From a bacterium (GTDB lineage: Bacteria; Zhuqueibacterota; Zhuqueibacteria; Residuimicrobiales; Krinioviventaceae), in assembly GCA_963674595.2 (NCBI GenBank), contig CAXXFV010000006.1, forward strand, positions 256,001 to 320,000: DNA of 64,000 bases. Reading direction: 5' to 3'. The first letter of the stretch is position 1. Each line of letters begins with the position of its first letter. This document shows positions 30,710-40,626 of the stretch, piece by piece. The notes beneath the pieces are model-generated. The model was not told where the DNA came from. It saw nothing but the letters and a program-made list of their open reading frames with translations, and searched no databases. The position numbers and the translations under genes are program-made.

Positions 30710-32776
30710 ATGAAAAAGCATACATCCATAATATCAATTGTTTTCTTGATCTCTGTTTTGATTTTTAATCTACCGGTTGTCAAAGCCGGTGATGATAAAT
30801 TCAACAAAATGGACAGTCTTTTGTCTGTTTTTAAATGGTATGAATATGGCATGACATTGGAACCATATAACGCTATAAAGGACATTGATAAAAGTTGTCA
30901 AACCGGGATTGAAAAATCAAAAATAGAGATTAAATATTTAACCTTTGTAAAGTCCGAAGCAACAGTTGCTTCGAAACAAATGATTTTAAAAAGACTCAGT
31001 CTGGTCGGCGGGCCGCCTTCTGTTCCCGCATTAGCTGCTCTGTTGACTGACGTTAATTTAGCAAATGCTGCACGCTATGCGCTTGAACGTATTCCCGGAA
31101 CCCAGACAGATGATGCTTTGTTGATGGCTTTGGGTAAAGCACATGGTAATATGTTGATCGGGATCATTAACTCTTTAGGAAATCGCAAGGTTGAAAAGAC
31201 TGTTCCTGAGATAAAAAAATATCTTTCGGACAATGATAAAAATACATCTTTAGCGGCAATAGCGGCCCTGGGACAAATTGCCAATGACAAAGCAGCAAAA
31301 GAGCTTGAAAATGTCCTGGCAAAAACAGATGGAGATGTTTTAAATGCTGTTCTGGATGCTTATTTAAACTGCGCTACTGTTTGTTTAAAAAACGGTGATA
31401 TTAAAAAAGCAGATAAAATATATGATAAAATAGAACAACAGGATAGACCCATTCCAATTCGGATTGCTGTTTTGAACGCAAAATTTTTAGCACACCCTGA
31501 GCAGGCGGAACAATTACTTTATAATGTTATCAAAAATGAGAATGCAGACCTAAAAACAGCCGCCATTGCTTTGCTTCCGGAATGTGCTAAATTAAATAAT
31601 ATTCAAAAATTTGCTGATCTGCTTGCGGCATTGACGCCTTTACAAAAAGTTCAATTGTTAACCAGTTTTGAAATAATCGGTGACAAATCCGTTCTTAATA
31701 CGGTCCTTGAGGCTGTAAATGATCCTGATCAAGAAGTAAGAATTGCCGCCTGTAAAACTCTTGCGGTTATAGGTGACAAATCAACTGTTAATATACTGGT
31801 TGAAAGAGCCGCATCAACAACAGATAATGAACAGGAAGTGGCACGCCAAAGTTTATATCTGTTAAATGCTGACGGTGTTGATGAAACAATTGTGTCATCA
31901 CTTGATACTGAGGATGATAAAATTAAAGTCGAGTTATTAAAAAGTATTGGTGAACGAAACATTGTATCGGCCGCAGATATGTTGTTTAAACTGGCAACAG
32001 ACCCGAAACAACGTGTTCGTACATCTTCTATTAAGGTTTTAGCAGATATATCACAACCACAACAGTTACCTCAATTATTGGATCTTTTATTAAATTGTCA
32101 AACCGGCAAGGACAGGGAAGAGGCTGTTTCAACCGTTACACAGGTTTGCCGTAAAATTGAAAATCCGGAAAACAAGGTTGATCTGGTGCTGCAAAAACTG
32201 GAAACGGTTTCAAATTTAAACAATCGGATTGATTTAATTCGTGTTTTGGGTAAAGTCGGCGTTGAAAAATCATTACCTGTTTTACAAAAAGCACTGGTTG
32301 ACCCTGACCAAGAAATACAAATTTCAGCTATAAGAGCATTGTCTGACTGGCCGACAACCAAACCTATTGATGACCTCTACCAGCTAGCCAAAAACCATAC
32401 TGAAAATCGTCATCAGGTGCTGGCTTTAAGAGGATTCATTCGGATGATCAAAATGGATGAAGACAGGGATGATATACAAACGGTAACTCTTTATAAACAA
32501 GCATTAAATTTGAGTAAAAATAGTGCTGAAAAAAAGAGTGTTCTTTCGGGTCTGGCCGATTTAAGATGTCTGGAAGCATTAGATACGGCGAATCAATTTA
32601 TAAATGATCCTGAATTGCAGGCTGAGGCAGAAATATCAATCTATGATATAGCAAGACATATTCGACGTGATTATCCGGATGAAGCTAAAACCGCTTTATT
32701 AAACCTGGCAAATATAACTCAAAACGTATCTTTAAAAAATAAGATAGATAATATCATTAAGGAAATGGAAGAATAG
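30710..32776 (+). CDS. Secreted HEAT/PBS-lyase repeat protein
   Basis: Sec signal ending VVKA; repeats such as DPDQEVRIAACKTLAVIGD and DPDQEIQISAIRALSDW. Confidence 0.85.
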   Translation: MKKHTSIISIVFLISVLIFNLPVVKAGDDKFNKMDSLLSVFKWYEYGMTLEPYNAIKDIDKSCQTGIEKSKIEIKYLTFVKSEATVASKQMILKRLSLVGGPPSVPALAALLTDVNLANAARYALERIPGTQTDDALLMALGKAHGNMLIGIINSLGNRKVEKTVPEIKKYLSDNDKNTSLAAIAALGQIANDKAAKELENVLAKTDGDVLNAVLDAYLNCATVCLKNGDIKKADKIYDKIEQQDRPIPIRIAVLNAKFLAHPEQAEQLLYNVIKNENADLKTAAIALLPECAKLNNIQKFADLLAALTPLQKVQLLTSFEIIGDKSVLNTVLEAVNDPDQEVRIAACKTLAVIGDKSTVNILVERAASTTDNEQEVARQSLYLLNADGVDETIVSSLDTEDDKIKVELLKSIGERNIVSAADMLFKLATDPKQRVRTSSIKVLADISQPQQLPQLLDLLLNCQTGKDREEAVSTVTQVCRKIENPENKVDLVLQKLETVSNLNNRIDLIRVLGKVGVEKSLPVLQKALVDPDQEIQISAIRALSDWPTTKPIDDLYQLAKNHTENRHQVLALRGFIRMIKMDEDRDDIQTVTLYKQALNLSKNSAEKKSVLSGLADLRCLEALDTANQFINDPELQAEAEISIYDIARHIRRDYPDEAKTALLNLANITQNVSLKNKIDNIIKEMEE

Positions 32777-32972
32777 ATTTTGTTCGTGTAAAAAAATGTA
32801 AATGTTATAATTTGCGCTTGAATTGTACCAGAATGATGATTAAATTACTTGTTAATAAAATTGTTATCTCACTTATACGATTATTTTGTTCATGGAAAAT
32901 CTCAACCTATTATATATACAACCAATGTTCAGTTTTTAAAAACTGAGCCCAAATTAGAAAGGGTATTTGCAT

Positions 32973-34364
32973 ATGAACGAACAAGAAAAAACAACCTCAA
33001 AATTAGGTTCAGCCCTGACAAGACGTGGTTTTTTAACCGGTTTTGCAACAACGGCTGCTACTGTCACCATCGTTCCAAGACATGTTCTTGGTGGACAGGG
33101 ACACAAAGCGCCCAGTGATAAATTAAATATTGCCTGTATCGGTGTAGGTGGCAAAGGACGTTCAGATTCTCAAGCTATGATTGGTGAAAATGTTATAGCC
33201 CTTTGTGATGTCGATGAAGAAAGGGCTGCTGAAAAACATGGTGATGAGCAAAAATCAATTTTTGATTTAGTTCCTCAAGCCAAATTTTATAAGGATTTTC
33301 GGGTTATGCTCGAAAAGGAAAAAGATATAGATGCTGTAACCGTCAGCACACCGGATCATACACATGCTGTTGCCGCTATGATGGCAATAAAAATGGGAAA
33401 ACACGTATTTGTACAAAAACCTTTGACGCATACTGTTTATGAAGCCCGTGCTTTAGCCAAAGCTGCCCGTGAAGCAGGTGTGGTTAGTCAAATGGGAAAT
33501 CAGGGACACGCTGGTGAAGGTGCAAGACTGTTAAACGAATGGATTTGGGACGGTGCCATTGGAGATATTAAAGAGGTACATGTCTGGACAAATAGACCAA
33601 TTTGGCCTCAGGGAATCAATGCACCAACTGAAACACCTTCCGTTCCGCCGACTCTTGATTGGAATTTGTGGGTTGGCCCATCACCATGGCGCCCCTATCA
33701 TCCGGCTTATGTTCCTTTTGCATGGAGAGGTTTTTGGGATTTTGGAACAGGGGCATTAGGTGATATGGGCGCACATTTAATGGACCATCCCTTTTGGGCA
33801 TTGGACTTGAAATATCCTCTCAGTGTTACAGCCAGCTCTACAGAATTTACCAAAGATTCAGCCCCGGTTGCTGAAGTTGTTACTTATCAATTCCCGGCAA
33901 GAGGTAAAAAGCCCCCCGTTACATTAACATGGTCTGATGGTGGTTTAATGCCTCCTCGTCCTGAAGATCTGGAACCCGGAAGAAAAATGGGTGATGGCGG
34001 CGGCGGAATTATTTTTGTAGGAGAAAAGGGCAAATTAATGTGCGGTACTTATGGAAGCAATCCCCGCATTTTCCCGGAACCAAAAATGCGTGCATACAAA
34101 CGTCCTGAAAAAACGATCTTAAGATCTCCTGGTATACACGAAGAGTGGATTCAAGCGTGTAAGAACAATGATCCCAAAGCTGCAACAACAAATTTCGATT
34201 ATTCCGGTCCTTTAACAGAAACGATGTTACTTGCTAATGTTGCTGTACGTCTTAAAGAAAAGAACATGATTCTGGAATATGACGGCGAAAAAGGTGAAAT
34301 TACAAATTTACCGGAAGCAAATGAGTTACTTCATTTTGAATATCGTAAAGGTTGGACATTATAA
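32973..34364 (+). CDS. Tat-exported Gfo/Idh/MocA oxidoreductase 4
   Basis: TRRGFL signal; motifs GVGGKG, TPDHTH, QKPL, QMGNQG, GDMGAH. Confidence 0.93.
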   Translation: MNEQEKTTSKLGSALTRRGFLTGFATTAATVTIVPRHVLGGQGHKAPSDKLNIACIGVGGKGRSDSQAMIGENVIALCDVDEERAAEKHGDEQKSIFDLVPQAKFYKDFRVMLEKEKDIDAVTVSTPDHTHAVAAMMAIKMGKHVFVQKPLTHTVYEARALAKAAREAGVVSQMGNQGHAGEGARLLNEWIWDGAIGDIKEVHVWTNRPIWPQGINAPTETPSVPPTLDWNLWVGPSPWRPYHPAYVPFAWRGFWDFGTGALGDMGAHLMDHPFWALDLKYPLSVTASSTEFTKDSAPVAEVVTYQFPARGKKPPVTLTWSDGGLMPPRPEDLEPGRKMGDGGGGIIFVGEKGKLMCGTYGSNPRIFPEPKMRAYKRPEKTILRSPGIHEEWIQACKNNDPKAATTNFDYSGPLTETMLLANVAVRLKEKNMILEYDGEKGEITNLPEANELLHFEYRKGWTL

Positions 34365-34370
34365 AAACAT

Positions 34371-34398
34371 TCCCCGGACAAATTTAGTTGTCCGGGGA
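34371..34398 (+). promoter_or_regulatory. Intergenic GC-rich stem-loop (mRNA stabiliser or partial terminator)
   Basis: tccccggacaa-atttag-ttgtccgggga forms an 11-bp perfect stem with no clean U-tract. Confidence 0.65.
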
Positions 34399-34432
34399 TA
34401 TTAATATTAATAACGGAGTTTGTGAGAGTATC

Positions 34433-35773
34433 ATGAATGAACTTGTAGGAAAAGAAATTCCCCGAAGAAATTTTCTAAAATATACTGCTGCAACCAGCGC
34501 AGGCCTGCTGTTGCCGACTGTTGCAGGTGCCCAATCTGTAAAATCAAAATCAGATGATTTAAATATAGCATTATTGGGTACAGGCTCACAGGGCCAGGTT
34601 TTGTTGAATTCAATGCTCAAAATTGATGGTATTCATTTCCGCGCCGTATGTGATATATGGGAAAAATATAACCAAAGACGAGTTTCACGTATTCTTAAAA
34701 AATATGGTCATGAGGTAAATACCTATATTGATTATCGTGAAATGCTGGCAAAAGAAAAGAACCTGGATGCTGTGATAATCGCCACACCTGATTTTTGGCA
34801 TTCCGAGCATACAGTCGCCTGTTTGGAAGCCGGTATAAACGTCTATTGCGAAAAAGAGATGTCAAACACTCTTGAAGGTGCCAGGCGTATGGTAAAAGCA
34901 GCCCGGCGAACCGGTAAACTGCTGCAAATCGGCCATCAGCGTAGAAGTAATCCCAGGTATATACATTGTTATCAAAAATTAATTAATGAAGCACATATTT
35001 TAGGACGTATTACCACAATGAACGGCCAGTGGAACCGGGCTGTTCAACCGGATTTGGGTTGGCCTAAAAAATATGCAATTGATCCGTCCATTTTGAGAAA
35101 ATACGGATTTTCATCCATGCATCAGTTCAGAAACTGGCGCTGGTATAAAGGACTCGGAGGCGGGCCCATTGTTGATCTCGGATCTCATCAAATTGATATT
35201 TTTAACTGGTTTGTCGGGGCACAACCGGAATCTGTTATGGCCAGCGGCGGTACGGATTATTATGAAAAGAAAACCCATGAATGGTATGATACGGTCATGG
35301 CAATTTATGAGTATAATACACCGGCCGGCCGTGTTCGTGCTTTTTATCAAACTTTGACGACCAACAGCAGTGAAGGTTATTTTGAAAACTTTTTAGGTGA
35401 CCAGGGTACCCTTCAAATATCCGAATCTGCCGGAAGAGGCGGTGTTTATCGTGAACCTTCCGCACCGGCATGGGATAAATGGATCAACCTTGGTTATATT
35501 GCCGCGCCTGAAGAGGAAAAAAAGCAGGATACAAGTGTCGTTCTTGATGTTCGGGAAACGGTTAAACCTCCTGAAAATAAAATCCCGATAGAATTTACCG
35601 ATCCTTATCATAAACCACACCTGGAAAACTTTTTTAATGCTATAAGAGGTAAAGAAGAGCTTAACTGTAATCACGATGACGGATATGAAACGGCTGTTAC
35701 TGTTTTAAAAGTAAATGAATCCGTTGAATCCGGAAAACGACTTTTCTTTAAACCAAATGAATTTCATATTTAG
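34433..35773 (+). CDS. Tat-exported Gfo/Idh/MocA oxidoreductase 5
   Basis: PRRNFL signal; motifs GTGSQG, TPDFWH, CEKE, QIGHQRRS, DLGSHQ. Confidence 0.92.
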   Translation: MNELVGKEIPRRNFLKYTAATSAGLLLPTVAGAQSVKSKSDDLNIALLGTGSQGQVLLNSMLKIDGIHFRAVCDIWEKYNQRRVSRILKKYGHEVNTYIDYREMLAKEKNLDAVIIATPDFWHSEHTVACLEAGINVYCEKEMSNTLEGARRMVKAARRTGKLLQIGHQRRSNPRYIHCYQKLINEAHILGRITTMNGQWNRAVQPDLGWPKKYAIDPSILRKYGFSSMHQFRNWRWYKGLGGGPIVDLGSHQIDIFNWFVGAQPESVMASGGTDYYEKKTHEWYDTVMAIYEYNTPAGRVRAFYQTLTTNSSEGYFENFLGDQGTLQISESAGRGGVYREPSAPAWDKWINLGYIAAPEEEKKQDTSVVLDVRETVKPPENKIPIEFTDPYHKPHLENFFNAIRGKEELNCNHDDGYETAVTVLKVNESVESGKRLFFKPNEFHI

Positions 35774-35797
35774 CATTAAAAATAAAACAGGTGAAGA

Positions 35798-37699
35798 ATG
35801 AAATTTTTTAATAAAAACACAGCCGGTATTTTATTCTTTATTATTTTTATCTGTATAAAGGGTTATGCTGAACCGGTATTGCTTGGAGACAAGAGTGATG
35901 GTAGCCGCGCCGTCTCCGTTCATTTATTGGACATGCGGGATGAAACAGGCGCCAAAATTACTCCTACAGATACGCCGCTATTACCTTTTTCCTTGAAACA
36001 AACATGTAATGAATGCCATAACTGTTCAAAAATTAGTACAGGTTTTCATTTTAACTATTCTGATTCAATCAGTCATGATGGTCGAAAAGGGGAACCGTGG
36101 ATTTTAGTTGATGCATTGACCGGTACTCAAATACCGTTTTCTCACAGAAACTGGTCCGGGTTGTTTACGCCGGAATATTTAGGACTGGATAATTGGTCCT
36201 TTATTGAAAAATTCGGCAGACATTTGCCCGGAGGTGAAATTGGTGAAAATGGTGATCAGATTTCCAGGGACCACTATTTTAGATGGCTGGTTTCCGGGAA
36301 TTTGGAAATAAACTGTATGGGGTGCCATGACGTCAGTCCGCTGCATGATCAGGCCGCTTATGCGGAAAACATAAAAAAACAAAATTATCGCTGGGCAGCG
36401 GCTTCTGCCTGTGATTTTGCCTATGTAATCGGTTCCGCCAAAGATATGCCTGACAATTATGATATCTATTTTGGCGGTGTTGGTGATGATGCGCGAAAAA
36501 TTCCACCTCAGGTAGCTTATAATAATTCAGCCTTTAATCCGGATAATAAAGTTTTTTTCAACATTACCCGCGATATCCCCAGCGAACGTTGTTATTTTTG
36601 CCATTCGACAAAATACGAAAATAATAAAGAAAAATGGGAAACACAGCAAGACATTCATTTAAAGTCCGGAATGAAATGTGTAGACTGTCATAAAAATGGT
36701 CTTGATCATCAGATTGTCAGAGGATATGAAAATGAATCTAAAGAGCTAGGCCGGCAAAAATTAGCATCAATGACATGTAAGGGATGCCATATTGCTGAGT
36801 CTAATGGTGAGGTTCCGACTTCCGGACGGATGGGCGCGCCTCTTGCAGAACATAAAGGTCTTCCCATCATTCATTTTGAAAAATTAAGCTGTACAGCTTG
36901 TCACTCCGGCCCCTGGCCTGAATCAGAAACCGTTGCTTTAAAAACATCACGCAGTCATGCGTTAGGAGTGCACGGTGCTCCAAAAGAGGCAAACTCTGCC
37001 CCCTATATAACAGGACCGGTGTTTGCTAATGGCGATGATGACAAAATTACACCGCAGAAAATGATATACCCGTCATTCTGGGCATGGGTAGATAATGATT
37101 CTCTTGAAATTATAGATTCTGAAACTATCCGTCCGATCATACTTTATGCCATCCTGTCGGATACACTTTCTGACAGTACTAATATTGTACGGGTAAGAGA
37201 AGGTGTCTGGCCGTTATTAAAAGATGAACAAATTACCGCTGTTTTTGATAGTTTAAATACGATTGACTCGTTAAAAACAGCCGGATTTGTAGCAAATGGT
37301 AGACTGTACACTATGGGCGCAAATGGAACTCTTGTTGCTAAAAAACACAATGCAGCTCAACCATATTCCTGGCCGATTGCTCATGACGTGAGGCCTGCTT
37401 CTCAGGCACTTGGCGTAAGGGGATGCAGTGATTGTCACTCATTGAACGCTCCGTTCCAGTTTGGGCAGGTTCCGGTATTATCCATTTTAAATCAAAATGA
37501 TGTGCAGCATGTTACCATGTCGAGTTTTCAAAATAACGGTATTTTATTTCCAAGACTTTTTGCTTTGTCTTTTATATTTAGGCCCTGGTTAAAATTGTTT
37601 TTAATTATTTGCACAATTTTTATCGGCATTATTATTTTATGGATATGTGTACGTGCTGTAGACAAACTGTTAAAAACGATTTTTCAAAAAGAATGGTAA
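35798..37699 (+). CDS. Multiheme cytochrome c (7 CxxCH) with a C-terminal TM anchor
   Basis: Signal peptide; CNECH, CMGCH, CYFCH, CVDCH, CKGCH, CTACH, CSDCH; hydrophobic C-terminal helix. Confidence 0.9.
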   Translation: MKFFNKNTAGILFFIIFICIKGYAEPVLLGDKSDGSRAVSVHLLDMRDETGAKITPTDTPLLPFSLKQTCNECHNCSKISTGFHFNYSDSISHDGRKGEPWILVDALTGTQIPFSHRNWSGLFTPEYLGLDNWSFIEKFGRHLPGGEIGENGDQISRDHYFRWLVSGNLEINCMGCHDVSPLHDQAAYAENIKKQNYRWAAASACDFAYVIGSAKDMPDNYDIYFGGVGDDARKIPPQVAYNNSAFNPDNKVFFNITRDIPSERCYFCHSTKYENNKEKWETQQDIHLKSGMKCVDCHKNGLDHQIVRGYENESKELGRQKLASMTCKGCHIAESNGEVPTSGRMGAPLAEHKGLPIIHFEKLSCTACHSGPWPESETVALKTSRSHALGVHGAPKEANSAPYITGPVFANGDDDKITPQKMIYPSFWAWVDNDSLEIIDSETIRPIILYAILSDTLSDSTNIVRVREGVWPLLKDEQITAVFDSLNTIDSLKTAGFVANGRLYTMGANGTLVAKKHNAAQPYSWPIAHDVRPASQALGVRGCSDCHSLNAPFQFGQVPVLSILNQNDVQHVTMSSFQNNGILFPRLFALSFIFRPWLKLFLIICTIFIGIIILWICVRAVDKLLKTIFQKEW

Positions 37700-37717
37700 T
37701 TAAAGGAAATATATTTT

Positions 37718-38341
37718 ATGTTTCGATATATAGCTTTTGTTTTATTAGTAATGACAATTGGTTGGCTGATAATAGCGCTACGATCACAGGGAACCGGATT
37801 TAAGAGTTTGGGGAACAGACTCGTTAATTCCGGTAAAATATTGGCAGCGTCTATACGTAAAATTTTTGAAATAACACCATCTGAATTTTCCGTCAAAATA
37901 CTTTTCCCTGCGACTGTTTTTTCTGTTCTCATTTTGGCTTTTACAGGATTTGTACCATCAGTTTTATTCGGACTGCATTTATCCGGATATTTACTGGTCT
38001 TGCACATGATCACAGCACCGATATTCGGTCTTTGTATGGCAATGTGGGCACTGATATGGACAAAAAAGTATGTCATGTCGGAAAAGGACTGGCTTTCTGT
38101 TTGGAATTCTTTAAAGACGAAAACCAATTTGAGTAAAGAACTCGTACAAAAATTGCTTTACTGGCTGCTTGTATGTCTGTCAATGATTGTCATTTTTTCA
38201 ATGCTGATCAGCATGTTTCCAATTTACGGAACAAATATTCAGGAAATGTTGTTGAAAATACATCAATTTTCAACTTTGTTCTTTTTTATTTTATTTATTT
38301 TCTTTACTTTTTTAATCAAGCTTTACAAGGTTGAAAAATAA
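37718..38341 (+). CDS. Polytopic membrane protein, cytochrome b (FdnI-like) resemblance
   Basis: About five TM segments with His in or near TM helices (LVLHMI, LKIHQF); adjacent to the multiheme gene. Confidence 0.55.
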   Translation: MFRYIAFVLLVMTIGWLIIALRSQGTGFKSLGNRLVNSGKILAASIRKIFEITPSEFSVKILFPATVFSVLILAFTGFVPSVLFGLHLSGYLLVLHMITAPIFGLCMAMWALIWTKKYVMSEKDWLSVWNSLKTKTNLSKELVQKLLYWLLVCLSMIVIFSMLISMFPIYGTNIQEMLLKIHQFSTLFFFILFIFFTFLIKLYKVEK

Positions 38342-38382
38342 TTTGTATATCTTAATATTAAGAACCGGTTTAGGAGGAACAA

Positions 38383-39069
38383 ATGATAAAATTCCTAATT
38401 AAAAAAGCAAAATTTATAACATTGATCATGATGATTTTTGTTTTTGCTTGTTCGCTTTTATTTGCACAGGGAAACCTGGTACCGATAAATATTGAATTAC
38501 CAAAGCCAATGTTTATAGGCACACCGACATCCATGAAAGTGCCGAATTTGGAAAAACCATTGGGAAAACCGCGTCCTCCGTTTTTGGCACCTGAAGGTAC
38601 TGTTAATTTAGCATTTGAAAAAACCGTATCAAGTACGGATGATGAACCGGTTATCGGTGAAATTGAAATGATTACCGATGGTGATAAAGAAGCCATGGAC
38701 GGCAGTTATGTGGAATTGGGACCCTTTGTACAACATATAACCGTTGATTTGGGACAAAAATCAAATATTTATGCTGTGATTATGTGGCATTTCCACAAAC
38801 AGGCACGTATTTATTTTGATGTTATTGTTCAGGTTGCTGATGATCCTGATTTTACGACCAATGTAAAAACCATCTTTAACAATGATATTGATAACTCTGC
38901 CGGTTTGGGTGTCGGCACTGACATGCATTATGTTGAAACGGCCGAAGGAAAACTTGTTGATGCTAAAGGAGTGCAGGCCCGATATGTTCGCTGCTATTCC
39001 AATGGAAATAATAGTAATGATTTAAACCACTGGATTGAACTGGAAGTTTACGGCAAGCCTGTACAATAA
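38383..39069 (+). CDS. Secreted discoidin/F5/8-type (galactose-binding-like) domain protein
   Basis: Signal peptide and Pro-rich N-terminus; NLAFEK, ITDGD, ITVDLG, ARYVR, IELEVYG pattern. Confidence 0.75.
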   Translation: MIKFLIKKAKFITLIMMIFVFACSLLFAQGNLVPINIELPKPMFIGTPTSMKVPNLEKPLGKPRPPFLAPEGTVNLAFEKTVSSTDDEPVIGEIEMITDGDKEAMDGSYVELGPFVQHITVDLGQKSNIYAVIMWHFHKQARIYFDVIVQVADDPDFTTNVKTIFNNDIDNSAGLGVGTDMHYVETAEGKLVDAKGVQARYVRCYSNGNNSNDLNHWIELEVYGKPVQ

Positions 39070-39072
39070 ATT

Positions 39073-40620
39073 GTGCGAAAATTTTATCTTTTATTTATTA
39101 TAATACTTTTATTTGCTTCGGCGTTGCGCCTGCCAAAACTGGCGCAACGTCCGATGCATACCGATGAAGCCATCCATGCTATAAAATTTGGGTCTCTTTT
39201 AGAAGATTTTTCCTATCAATATGATCCTTATGAATATCACGGTCCCACTTTAAACTTTTTTTCTCTTGTTCCTGCGTGGTTTAAGGGAACGCATAAATTG
39301 GTCAACGTTTCTGAATCTGATCTTCGTATAGTTCCTGTTTTTTGGGGTCTTTTTCTTCTCGTACTTTTGTTATCGCTTAAACCTGTAATTCCCAAAAATT
39401 TGATTCTAATTTCCGCATTTTTTATGGCTATTTCGCCTGCTTTGGTCTATTACAGCCGATACTATATTCAGGAAACACTGTTCATTTCCTTTTCTTTTGC
39501 TATTATTGTCTTCTTTTTTCGTTTTATGCAAAAGCCTAAATGGTATTGGGCGATGCTTTGCGGAATTTTTATCGGGCTTTTACATGCCACCAAGGAAACC
39601 TGTATTTTGTTCTTTGCGGCACTTTTTTTGAGTTTGTTCATTATCTGGTTGTTACATCGCAATAATCAGTTTTTTACGACCTGCCGGTTTAAATATTTTG
39701 TTATTCTTTTTTTTAGTGCTTTAATAACTTCTATATTATTTTTCTCATCCTTTTTTACACATCCACAGGGCATTTTAGATTCCGTACTTACATTTAAATC
39801 CTATTTTGAAAGAGGCACCGGGAACCATTTTCACCACATTCATCCCTGGTATTATTACTTGAAGCTGTTCATATGGAACAACTATCAAAACCGCCCTTTA
39901 TGGACAGAGGCCTTTTTCCTGTTTTTTTCTATTATCGGAATAGGTTTTGTTTTCAAACCACAGGAAATAAAGCCCCAAACCGTTTTTTTACGCTTTTTAT
40001 CTTTGCTGGCAATCATTCAATTTATTATATATTCTATTATTCCCTATAAAACCCCCTGGAGCATCTTGAGCGCCTGGTATCTCCTCGTTATAATGGCGGG
40101 CTATGGCGTTATATGTATTTATAAAACTATTAAAAATAATGTGCTAAGAATTTTATTCATGGTATTTGTCGGCATGGGGATATTACATATTGGCTTTCAA
40201 ACCTATATGTTGAATTTCAAATATGACGCTGATCTCTCAAATCCTTATGTATATGGACATACATCCTATGACATTTACAAAGTGGTCGATGCCGTTGAAA
40301 AGGCTGCGCAAGTTCATCAGGATTCTTTGAACATGTATATTGAAATCATCGCTTCCGGAGATGATTATTGGCCCTTTCCCTGGTATTTGCGTTCTTTTAA
40401 AAATGTTGCCTACCGACACGATGCGAATTTTCAATTGCCTCTGGCACCGGTTATTTTGGCATCACCTGAGCTCGAAAATCAAATCATGCAAAAAATATAT
40501 ACACTGCCGAAACCCGGTGAACGAAATTTGTATGTGCCTCTTTTTGATAGTTATCTGGAATTAAGACCGTTTGTCGAGTTTCGCGGCTATATTGTTAAAG
40601 ATTTATGGGACAAATTATAA
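39073..40620 (+). CDS. GT-C superfamily membrane glycosyltransferase (TIGR03663/Agl23-like)
   Basis: Motifs RPMHTDEA, YDP.EYHGP, SPALVYYSRYYIQE, ATKET, YKTPW, YWPFPWYLR. Confidence 0.82.
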   Translation: MRKFYLLFIIILLFASALRLPKLAQRPMHTDEAIHAIKFGSLLEDFSYQYDPYEYHGPTLNFFSLVPAWFKGTHKLVNVSESDLRIVPVFWGLFLLVLLLSLKPVIPKNLILISAFFMAISPALVYYSRYYIQETLFISFSFAIIVFFFRFMQKPKWYWAMLCGIFIGLLHATKETCILFFAALFLSLFIIWLLHRNNQFFTTCRFKYFVILFFSALITSILFFSSFFTHPQGILDSVLTFKSYFERGTGNHFHHIHPWYYYLKLFIWNNYQNRPLWTEAFFLFFSIIGIGFVFKPQEIKPQTVFLRFLSLLAIIQFIIYSIIPYKTPWSILSAWYLLVIMAGYGVICIYKTIKNNVLRILFMVFVGMGILHIGFQTYMLNFKYDADLSNPYVYGHTSYDIYKVVDAVEKAAQVHQDSLNMYIEIIASGDDYWPFPWYLRSFKNVAYRHDANFQLPLAPVILASPELENQIMQKIYTLPKPGERNLYVPLFDSYLELRPFVEFRGYIVKDLWDKL

Positions 40621-40626
40621 ATTAAA

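Noticed and set aside
32849-33118. 89-aa ORF ahead of oxidoreductase 4
   Set aside because: It overlaps the real gene out of frame, has no RBS, and spans AT-rich promoter-like DNA.
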